In this document: positions 35,535 to 46,114 of the stretch, one piece after another | Position numbering within the stretch: the first letter of the stretch is position 1 | Layout: the number at the start of each line of letters is the position of its first letter | Source: Octopus bimaculoides | Lineage: Eukaryota | Assembly (NCBI RefSeq): GCF_001194135.2 | Contig: NC_068982.1 | Location: 90,567,584 to 90,613,697 of the forward strand | DNA: 46,114 nucleotides | Reading direction: 5' to 3' | Translations under genes and position numbers: made by a program | Notes under the pieces: generated by a model | Told to the model about the DNA's origin: nothing | Database searches by the model: none | What the model saw: the letters and a program-made list of their open reading frames with translations, nothing else

Positions 35535-36654
35535 GAAACAGAAACAGAATGATAGGGACTATACATAGCCGAGAGCGCGAAAATAGATGAAATTAGAGGA
35601 AGAATGAAAGGAAAGACAGAAAGAATGCATAGATATTCTAGTTTTTCTTTCTCTCATCATTTGACAATCAAGAAAATATCAAAGAAGCTATACAAATATT
35701 GACAAATCTCTAGAAATGCAAGCTTGTTTCGTATTCTAATATTGCTGTATGCCTGGAATAAAAATCAATAAAGCATATCAAGAAGCAAATAAAGATAATT
35801 AAAGATAGAAAAAATGGAAGAAAAATTTTTAAACAGGTGTTTTGCATGCTGATTCTGTTATTTTCTTCCCTATTTGTTATTCTTTAAAAACCAACGTTTA
35901 ATAAACGATTAAGATTTAATGTTAACCTTTTCAAGCACCAGTAGACCAAAAGTTAAGTTCCACGCAAACTGAAATCGCAATTTAGTCGAATGCATATCAT
36001 TTATATTAGAGTATGTTCTAGAAAATACGTACTTCACATAATATCAACTCACTATTTATGATACGTATTCTATTGACTCCGTAAGGCAAATCGACATGGA
36101 CTTGATTTAAAAAGAAAATTCTGTGTTCAAGTGCTTCAACGGTAGATGCATAGATACATAGAAACGTATAAAAGAAGTAGAGCTATAAAAAGATAGTAGA
36201 ATTTGCATTTATCTTGGTGGAATAAAAAATACTAATCAAATAATGAAGTACCAATAATTAACTACATCTCTTATCGATATCTGAGACCTTGTATCTGTAG
36301 TGTAGGTAACCAATATTTAAAAACCACGAAGCGGAAAAACATTTAATTCTCAGAATATAAATCATAATATGCCTTGAGCGGACGAGCTTGCAATCATTGC
36401 ATGAAACATGAATAACCTCTTCCTTGTTGGATGTTTTTTTTAAATCAGTGCTAATTATCATCATCATAGTAACGTCGAACAAAATGCGCTACATATGAAC
36501 CCCAATCTCACTGAACTCATCTTTGCAATTCGTCCTTCTTAACGCTCAGTAAATGAAACCAACAGTCAAGTACTGAGCTAGCATCACTTCCTGTATTCCT
36601 TCCGCTAAAATTGCTAATAATTTGCATTACCATTATCATGATGTATTTTCGAGG

Positions 36655-36870
36655 CTACCAGCCAGCAGAGATGTTAGCGAGAAGAAAAATGAATTTTTGC
36701 TGCATTCGTTTCGGTTTCTTACGTTTTGAGTTAAATTCCGCCGTTATCAACTTTGCGGTACATCCCTCCGATTTCGTAAATAACGTACTAGTGAAGTACT
36801 GGGATCGATGGCATCAACTACTTTTTCACTTCAAAACTGCTGATCTTGTTCCTAAATCAGAAACTATTGT
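36655..36870 (+). mobile_element. SINE family A, degenerate
   Basis: CCAGCAGAGATGTTAGC..TTACGTTTTGAGTTAAATTCCGCCG..CAACTTTGC..ACTGGGATCGATG..CTTGTTCCTAAATCAGAAAC. Confidence 0.78.
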
Positions 36871-37063
36871 TATGATGTATTCGCACAAAACTCATTGCAG
36901 TATATGTCCCTTTACTTCTAAGATCAAACCCTATTTTCGATTTTGTCTCGATAAATTTATTACGAGTAAATTGTCGGGACTGATTAAATAGGTTACAACC
37001 CACTATTTCCCATCTATGCAAAATCTTGTGGTATGGTTCCCCGTTAAATATCATTATCAAAAT

Positions 37064-37166
37064 TATGACTTAGTATGCTTAATCCTTCTTCTTCTTCTTC
37101 TTCTTTGTCTTCGTCTTCTTCTTCTTCTTCTTCTTCTTCTTATTATTATTATTATTATTATTATTA

Positions 37167-37197
<31 letters not shown>

Positions 37198-37252
37198 GCT
37201 TCTTCTTCTTCTTCTTCTTCTTCTTCTTCTTCTTCTTCTTCTTCTTCTTCTC
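37064..37252 (+). repeat. (CTT)n(ATT)n(CTT)n microsatellite
   Basis: Read directly; lies at the 3' flank of the R4/Dong element. Confidence 0.97.
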
Positions 37253-37308
37253 ATTATTGTCATTTTCATATACACACAACAGATTAAACTCTTGGAAAAG
37301 AAAAAATC

Positions 37309-37609
37309 CTAACATCGGGCTAAAAGTAACCTCCTAAGTATTCTAGCGGTCCCTAATGACACTGTTTCCTGGAGCTGTACCAAACTGGGTTTTATGCCTA
37401 TTTCTTTTATCCATCTGTTCAAATCTATAGGTATAGTTGCCAATGCACCTATAACTACTGGGATACATCTTTCCCGATCTTTCCCTAGTCTCTGTAATTC
37501 AGTTGCTAGGTCCTGGTACTTTATCATTTTTTCTATACCTCTCATATGGATTATTTTCCATCATTTGGGACTGTAAAGTCAATTATCTGGCATTTTCTAT
37601 TCTCTTTAT

Positions 37610-37657
<48 letters not shown>

Positions 37658-37660
37658 ATG

Positions 37661-37720
<60 letters not shown>

Positions 37721-39204
37721 TTAATAATAATAATAATAATAATACTTCTAAATTAGGCCTTCTAGTTTCTAGACTAGGCCTTCTAGTCAGTATGAATGTT
37801 AAAGTCCCACAACGTCTTGTATTTCTTACTTTCTAATACTTTACTAGATTCATGTTCATATCATTTATCAGTATGTTCAAATCCTAGTTTTCTGTATAGC
37901 TCCCAGTGGATTATTCTCACGGGATTGTCATGCATTTTCTTGTATTCTTTCTGTGCCAGCATGCTACATTCACTTACTATATGAGTAACGCTTTCCTCTT
38001 TTGATTTGCATAACCTTTATTGGAATCTACTTGGTATTTGTCTATCTTGGCTTTTATCCAATTTTTCCTTAATGCTTGAGCTTCTGCTGCTACTAACAAA
38101 CTCTGTCTCCCTTTTCAGATTTACTTTCAGCAACTCTAACCATGTCTCACTACTACTATTTGCTGCAACTATCTTTGGGAATCTACCATGCAACGCCTTC
38201 TCACTCCAGTCAGATAATCTCTGTTCATTTTTCTGGTTTTTAACTTCGTCTGGGTTTTTGATTTCATTATGTCTTGCTGTGATTCTAGCAGCACTTGATA
38301 AACTTTCTTCACTAATACTTACGTAGGAGTTTATATATCTACTCAAGGTAACACCACGCAGTCTTCTACTGATATTAACCCACTTCTATCTTCCTTTCTA
38401 GGTAAGTATAATCTTACTACTCCTGCCCTTGAGTGGAATCCTCCATTCATATTGAATTCCTTGCTAGTTCTTCTGTCCAGCTTTGCTAGTTGAGTTTTTG
38501 TCCAATCTACAAATGATTTTGATGTGTAGCCATTTGGTAACTGGATGCCTTCGCTGTTAAATACCTGTCCCCTTCTCATGACAAATATTGCACACTTATC
38601 TATGTCAAATTCCATGTCTATGTCTTTGCTGAAGAGTCTTACAGTCTGTATTGAGGAATCTATCTTTTTTTCATTCTTAACTAAAAGCTTCAGATCATCC
38701 ATGTAGAGCAAATGGTTAGTTTTTCCTTTACTGTTTCTGAAATGATACCCTGCCTTTGCCTTCCCTAATACTAAACTTAAGGAGATCAAGCATAAGACAA
38801 ATATCAAAGGGGACAACGAGACACCCTGAAAAATTCCTTTTAATATTAACATTCCCTAAGACTGTGTCACCTGAATAGAGATCTACTTTCCATTTCTTCA
38901 TGTTAAAGCTGACCAATTGTCTTATGTTGTCTGCTATACTGAATATACTCAAACATTCACTTATCCATGAGTATGGGGTCATGTCATAGCCTTTCCTATA
39001 ATCTATCCATCCTACTGTTTTATTTTTCTTTCTAGCTGTTACTTCATTTAGAACTGCTTTGTCTCTGTATAATAGATCATGCGTTCCCCTCAACTTCTTC
39101 CTGCAACCTTTCTGTTCCTCTGGCAGTAAATTATGGCTGCCAAGTTGCCTGTAATTGCTTTCGGAAAGTATTCCTGTTGACAGTTTCCACACTAATGGTA
39201 ACCA
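37309..39204 (-). mobile_element. 5'-truncated R4/Dong-clade non-LTR retrotransposon (RT, Zn knuckle remnant and RLE), pseudogenised
   Basis: LLPEEQKGCRK..GTHDLL, WIDYRKGYD..PYSWI, GIFQGVSLSP, NHLLYMDDLKL (YMDD at 38694-38705), RLYLPRKE..GL, ESVTHIVSEC..LAQKEYK, LWDFNIHTD..RRPN, IIDFTVP, EKMIKYQDL, IPVVIGAL, LGTARILRR. Confidence 0.92.
37608..37745 (+). repeat. (ACT)n(AAT)n microsatellite inside the RLE domain
   Basis: Read directly. Confidence 0.97.
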
Positions 39205-39314
39205 TCATCATCATCATTATTATTGTTATTATTGTCATTATTGTTATCATCATTATTATTATATTTTAAAAGGATTGACGTAACTTCTCACAAAGGTAAA
39301 CATGTAAGACGAAA

Positions 39315-40015
39315 AGCGCGATGCGATTGCAATAGATATTTTATTGGTTGGACGATATTTCGAGAGCAAGCCTGTCTTTGTCGAGTTCAAAATAAAACTA
39401 ATAAAAATTCAAAAGAATAGAAATTCAAATCAAAAGTATGACTGAGCGCAACCAGCGCCCATGCGTTGATGGAATGACATCATCAGTTTTTAAGTTACAA
39501 TTTTATAACAAGACAGAAAAAAAAGAAAGAAAGAAAAAAGAAAAGGAAAAAGAAGACTATTTAATCAAACAGTTTTGCGTAAATTTGATGATATTCTCCT
39601 GTCATTTTATTCATTCCTCCAGGGCGTGATGTTAATAACCCGTTAACATATTTCTCCTCATGCATTTAGAAAAGTGAAAGTGAAGCAGATTCAGAATATT
39701 TTCTGAGAATATTCACTTTCAAATCTTTTTCAAAATTGCAGCCATTCGAACCAGAATGTTCAGTAAGTTCTGTCAAACTACTGTTATTGTGCCCGACGTC
39801 ATATTTGTGCCCATTAAAACGTTTGTTTAATTGCTCTATTGTACAACTAACATAAACCAAGTTGTGTTTCGTGCACTCTGCCGCATACATCAAATGGAGA
39901 TCTCTACATGTCCCACCTTCTTTATAAATCATAACATTTCTGTTGATTCCTGATGGAATTCATTTGACTCATGTTGTTGCACAAAGATCAGGGCTTACTT
40001 CTCTTGCGGATAAAA
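39315..40015 (-). mobile_element. Penelope-like element 2: GIY-YIG endonuclease and 3' tail
   Basis: ORF 39932-39666 reads TCRDLHLMYAAECTKHNLVYVSCTIEQLNKRFNGHKYDV..LTEH, a GIY-YIG pattern (xIY..C..YVG.T...L..RF..H). Tail at 39441-39315. Confidence 0.85.
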
Positions 40016-40029
40016 CGGATTTGTACTGA

Positions 40030-40521
40030 CATAGGGGATTATTGGAAATAGCAAATGAAATAGCTAAGATTAGCAAAGATAGTCAAACCTTCACGCATAA
40101 GTTTAACAAACACAATGCAATATGTGACAGAATTCCATTAGTGATTAACTGTCACCGAAATTTCACTGGTATTTCAAAAGAGTTACATGAAAATTACCAG
40201 CATTTTGCGGAAAAATATCCTCGTTTGAAACAGATATTTCTTTAGCTGCATGTTGTAGCCTTTAGACGGAATAAGAATATAAGAAACTCTGTTTCTAACT
40301 CCAAGAAAACTAACATTGGAGTAACTGCACGCTGTACCTTGAAAAACAGCCCTGTTCATTGTGCAACAACATGAGTCAAATGAATTCCATCGTTCATACT
40401 TTAGACTTGAATTTCTATGATTTTGAATTATTATCACTTGTTATTTTGAACTTGATAAAGACAGGCTTGCTGTCAAAATATATTTCAACCAATAAAATAT
40501 CTATTTCAATCGCATCGCGCT
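40030..40521 (+). mobile_element. Penelope-like element 2, divergent partial copy: linker, Cys motif and 3' tail (endonuclease deleted)
   Basis: RIPLVINCHRNF..ISKELHENY..PRLKQIF..VVAFRRNKNIRNS..C..CSLC (Neptune-type linker), joined to tail 40394-40521, which is the reverse complement of 39315-39441. Confidence 0.85.
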
Positions 40522-40548
40522 CTTCTATTCTTCTTCTTATTGTCATCC

Positions 40549-40582
<34 letters not shown>

Positions 40583-43519
40583 TTTATGAATAGATCCCTT
40601 TCTATGCGACTTTCAGTTTCTGAATTTTCAGATGGTTAATTATACATGCTACTATTTCGACTCTGTATAGATCGACACTTTACTGCTTCCTGGGAGCCTT
40701 AAAATTATACGCTCTGTGAAGGGTTAAATAATTTTCATGGACCACAAAAGATGTCAAAAATTAGCTGGTGTAATTGTGCTACAAATCAAAATAAAAGATA
40801 ATCCCCAAAACATAAAACATTAATAATCACATGGTAATAACATATTAGTTTGAAAGAACTCCTGTGGAAAATATGTGGATTATAATGAATTCTATAAAGA
40901 AATTATCAAATGTTCTCATGGACCAACAGATGGTGCTTCTTTAATAAATAGATTCGCAGTTGTTGGACTTCTCTTGGCATAACTCATTAAAGTTGTTTCA
41001 GGCAAGTCATAACATTCGACAGATGTCCAAAGTCACTTCACCGCAAGAAAAAAAAATCTAAATATTTTGTTTTCTTTCTCAGATGGGAAATATAATGAAA
41101 TAATTACAATTTGTAATAAATGCTGATACAAACAAGTATTTTTTTTTTTTTTAATAAAATATTGTGTTTTCACAAATGTATTTTCCAGTCTAGAATAGGT
41201 GGTTGTTTTGCTTTAAACAAAGTTGTTTCAGTGGTGTATCCTTTCCATGTTCATTAATCGAGAATTAAAGCAGACGATTCAATTAAAATAAATGAAAAGG
41301 CTAGATAATTTAGGAGTCTAAAAAACTAGGTTAAAATGCCAAACTATGAAAATATAGAGTGTGTAAGATATTAAACCTGAGTTGATGAATTATGACTCCA
41401 AATTGAGTCTACTTGCCGGCTATAACTTTGAAAATTCATCAATGCTTTTGTATTTAGTTGACAACTATTTTTGTCTGTATTTGTGAATAATTTCCAGTAT
41501 CCTACCTTTATATAATTCAATTCTAATGCGTAGAATTTATCGCTTAAGAAACGTAGTTGCTTGAATCTTTTTATAAACAAGATAAATACTTGAAAATATT
41601 TCTTAACAACGAAAGAAACGTTCATTCAAAATCTTTGAGAAATTGTATATTTTAAATGTTACCTTTTCGTTTTAATTTTTTTTTTCCTCTCTTAGTTTTC
41701 AACGAATTCTTTCAATACGAATCTCATTATCCTCCATAAACTTTGGCGGTTTTTTCCCCCCATTAATTAAAAAATGTTACTGCTTCTTCAATCACATTTT
41801 TTGTTCTGTAGATAGTAACTGTAGAAAATCAATAACTCTTTGTCAATTCATGTAAGAACTTTTTCTAGTTTCTCAAATATGATGAAATCTATTAAACGGT
41901 AAAATCTAAGAGAAATCATTATAATCCCATTTTGTAAGTGCAAATTATAACCATGATTTTCTACTATCAATTTGGAACACACAACAGAAATTGTAACCGT
42001 GCTTTTCTAATATCGATTTGGAACATACGACAGAAAATATGTTTAATGTACTATTGTTAAAGTGTGTGTCCTACATATTTTCAAGGAATGCGTGCGTTAA
42101 ATTTAATTTTTCTTAATAAAAGATTTCGTGAAAGAAACATTAAAATATTAAAGAGCTAAGCGTTCATGTTTAAGATAAAATGTATTATTTACAAAATAAT
42201 AATCAAATGCAATATCAGTGAATGTAAAGATAAATATATTTCGTATTTTTGTTTCAATTTAAGCCTTATTATAGGTACCATTCTCCATTCGAATATTTGG
42301 ATAAATCTATTGTAATGAAAGACAAATGCATATTTTTATATACCATATTTTCTTTCTGGTGGAAAGGAAATCAAATACAGAGAGTAATCAAGTGTTATGT
42401 ATTACTATCTGATTGAAAAATGATGAGTTTGTAAAGTAATACTTGTGGCTACGGAGATTTTGCTTGCAGTTCTATACAGAAATTATAATGAATTTGTAAA
42501 TATACTTGAACGCATGCCACTGAAATTATATTATATGTAAAATGTGATTGTATGCTTCGCTAACATAGAATAGCCCTATAGATATTTCATCCCGGATATT
42601 AATAAGTAGCTAAAAGATTACGTTTGCCTTCGAATTTGTTACACATGAACAAATAATATCTCTGCTGATTTACCAGGATAATGTAATATTCAGTCTTAAA
42701 GCTGATATTCATTAATACAATTGAAGAAATGTTACGTTATCTGTGTAGTATTAAGGAGCCATTTAATGCAGCCAATTGCATATCGTTTCTTCCGTAGATC
42801 TAGTTGCACCATGCTACTGCTGCAGGGCATTAATATCTCAGCGCATAGGTATTAATGCTGTTTTTTTTAATGAAATCTGCGATAATTTCCTAAATTGTAG
42901 TCTTTGGTGAATAAGATAAAAAGTCAAATATCATTGTTACGTTAATTAATAAAATAATAAGGTCACTACTAACGTAATGCAGTGAACCAAGAAATTCTAA
43001 TTAATCGAAATTACACAATTGTTTTAAAAAGATTCATTAGATTTATGGCCAATTTTCACCAAGAAAAGCAAAAGAAATAATCACAAAATTTTAATTGGCT
43101 AAAAGTTAATTAAAATAGATTGTAGGCAATGCAGAAAGAAGTGAGTCTGATCTTAGCTGTAGAATGATAAAACTGGACATATTTCATATTTTACAAACAA
43201 CGCTTTAAAATCTAACATAGTTTCATTGTTGTCTATTTTAAATATAACAGATCACTCTTCAATTGGAGAGTGTAAATCAACGAAGTCTCCTCCTCCTCCA
43301 GTTGGTTACTGTACTTGCCAGCTATAACAGTCATATTTCCTTCAGACTATTCCTGAGTGTATTTAAAACAGAAACGTTATCTCAGGTTCAATATGGCTGA
43401 GATTAAAGCGGCATGGCCATGGATAGAACATCTTTTATAATAGATTTGCAAGATAAGATCGGATCCAGGGTTAACAATGTTGTTTATAGTTTCAATCACA
43501 AAGCTTGCTGGACGATTAG

Positions 43520-43880
43520 NNNNNNNNNNNNNNNNNNNNNNNNNNNNNNNNNNNNNNNNNNNNNNNNNNNNNNNNNNNNNNNNNNNNNNNNNNNNNNNNN
43601 NNNNNNNNNNNNNNNNNNNNNNNNNNNNNNNNNNNNNNNNNNNNNNNNNNNNNNNNNNNNNNNNNNNNNNNNNNNNNNNNNNNNNNNNNNNNNNNNNNNN
43701 NNNNNNNNNNNNNNNNNNNNNNNNNNNNNNNNNNNNNNNNNNNNNNNNNNNNNNNNNNNNNNNNNNNNNNNNNNNNNNNNNNNNNNNNNNNNNNNNNNNN
43801 NNNNNNNNNNNNNNNNNNNNNNNNNNNNNNNNNNNNNNNNNNNNNNNNNNNNNNNNNNNNNNNNNNNNNNNNNNNNNNNN
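43520..43880. other. Assembly gap
   Basis: N run. Confidence 0.99.
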
Positions 43881-43922
<42 letters not shown>

Positions 43923-44130
43923 TGTGCTTTTCCACCCACCACCACTCGACAATCGGTGTTGATGTATTTATATCCCCGTAACTTAACGGTTCCGCAAAAG
44001 AGATAGATAGAATAAATATTAGGTTTAAAAGAATTAAGTGCGACGTTCCATTTGTTCAAATAAAATCTTCAAGGCAGTGCGTCACCTAGCCGCAGCCATA
44101 TGAGTGAAACAAGTAAAAGATAAAAGATAA
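43881..44130 (+). mobile_element. SINE family B 3' half after (TG)n
   Basis: CCACCACTCGACAATCGGTGTTGATGT.TTTA..CCCCGTAACTTAACGGTTC.GCAAAAGAGA..GAAACAAGTAAAAGATAAAAGATAA. Confidence 0.8.
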
Positions 44131-45022
44131 AATGTCTCATCAAAATACTTGTAACACTTTTTCCTTTCAATTCTATACTCTGCCACATACTGTATCTAAC
44201 TCCTCTCAAAATAGCCCAATTGTCTCATCACCACCTGGCTACCAAATACGAAAGATTTGACCATTGCTGAAATTAGAAAATATGACTGACCTAAGGAATA
44301 TATCTTCCATTTTCTTTGCGCTATAAAGTCCAGAGCTCGCTACAATTTTTACTATTACTATTCTTTATGCATGATCTAATGAATTAAGCACTACTGTGAA
44401 TATAACAGATCACTCTTCAATTGGAGAGTGTAAATCAACGAAGTCTCCTCCTCCAAGGAGTTTTTACACTACCACTTATCTTCTTATCACCCTCAGTTCT
44501 GTCGTCACCAGTGTAGTGGAAACAACATGTAAGCAATTATTTCCTTTATTGGTTTAAATCTTTCTCCTTCCTCAGAGGTGATCAGTAAGTTTCAGTGGAC
44601 TCACCGTAAATATGCTTTACTAAGTAATCAGGTGTAATATTACACTTAAGAACTTACGCTAAAACAATTTTATTACATAAGATATGAGTTCCTTTAACCT
44701 ATATTGATCGTTCATAAAGTTTATCTGCCTCTCAGGCATTTCAAACGAAGACTCTCTGAAAGATAGCTCAATTGCAGCATACGATTTCTTTTATACATTT
44801 ATCTCGTACACTTTTATTTCTCAAAACACATACTCCTATGCATTACGAAGGCACTGTTCACTTCTCTTTAACTCTCTTCACACAAATGTCAATTTCGCAC
44901 ATCCAACACGCTAGCCTTACAGAACAATATCTTCAAAAACATGTAAACGTATTAGTAGAATTGGTATATAAAACTATTATCCTCATCATCAACTGGAATA
45001 TTTGGATTGGGAAATCCGACAC

Positions 45023-45478
<456 letters not shown>

Positions 45479-46041
45479 GCCTTTGCACAGCTTCTAACGT
45501 TGGAGATGTACTACAGTGTCAGCTGTTCACTACCAGTGAACTAAGGTAACACCTCTTATTTTTCGAGCACCATCCGGAGTATTCGAGCAGTTCTAAGCAG
45601 TGGTTTTTTTTCTGCCAGTGCTCCACCCTTAATGCAGTCCCTATTTGTTCCACGTACTTCTCGAGATTTTTGCTCACTGTTCCCAAGGCTTCGACACTTA
45701 TTGGTATTACTACTACCTTTTACATTGACCACAACTGCTTAGCTTCTCAAGTTAACCTTTCATATCTCTCAATTTTCTTTCTTCCTTATCGCATACCTTG
45801 TTGTCAGCTGGGCATGCTATATCTATGATCCAGCATAGTTTGTTTTCTTTCTCAATTAAGACTATCTCCAGTTTCCTATTCTCTATCTCATGGTCGCACT
45901 GAATCATAAATTCCCATAGGATCTCAGCATTTCTATTTTCGACGATGCCTTCAAGTTTGTGGTCGTACCAATTTTTGGTTCTGTCAAGTCCATACTTGTT
46001 GCAGAGTGTCCAATGGACAAGACTGGCTATATTTTCGTAGA

Positions 46042-46042
<1 letters not shown>
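45479..46042 (-). mobile_element. R4/Dong-clade 3' fragment (RLE domain and 3' UTR)
   Basis: Minus strand reads ENIASLVHWTLCNKYGL..WYDHKLEGIVEN..EILWEFMIQCDHEIENRKLEIVLIEKENKLCWIIDIACPAD..KIERYE..VIPI..ALGTV..LL.TARILRMVLEK* with frameshifts. Confidence 0.88.
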
Positions 46043-46099
<57 letters not shown>

Positions 46100-46114
46100 T
46101 TTTTTTTTTTTTTT
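46043..46114 (+). repeat. (ATT)n followed by poly(T)
   Basis: Read directly. Confidence 0.95.

Larger units (their letters stand above)
43241..44454 (+). repeat. Perfect 56-bp direct repeat (43241-43296 and 44399-44454) with an internal hairpin
   Basis: AATATAACAGATCACTCTTCAATTGGAGAGTGTAAATCAACGAAGTCTCCTCCTCC occurs twice. Confidence 0.95.

Noticed and set aside
39450-39490. CTGATGA on the minus strand in PLE-2 as a further hammerhead
   Set aside because: No GAAA or closing stem II follows.

Overview
AT-rich eukaryotic draft-assembly DNA with 8 N-gaps and very dense microsatellites. The SINE families match ones I recall from Octopus, so a cephalopod origin is likely but inferred. I could not support any host protein-coding gene; most long ORFs in the track are microsatellite or N artefacts. 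The real coding remnants are all decayed transposable elements: an RTE-clade LINE (10.9-12.7 kb) split by a tRNA-derived SINE with a 17-bp TSD, two R4/Dong-type RLE LINEs sitting in (TAA)n tracts (37.3-39.2 and 45.5-46.0 kb), a Helitron helicase fragment (28.3-29.4 kb) plus a separate Helitron 3' end, a Tc1/mariner remnant, many SINE copies, and two Penelope-like elements (PLEs). Most notable: the two PLEs look like different clades but share one fold-back architecture, with two divergently oriented, differently deleted copies that both end in the element's 3' tail and so form long terminal inverted repeats. Hammerhead-ribozyme-like motifs occur in one PLE's tails and at a solo site near 26.5 kb. 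Also seen: a high-identity local inverted duplication (possible dsRNA/ADAR substrate), a TIR element carrying internal (TTAGGG)n, a microsatellite inside an RLE catalytic motif, and an unexplained perfect 56-bp direct repeat with a hairpin. All alignments were done by eye, and boundaries of degenerate elements are approximate.
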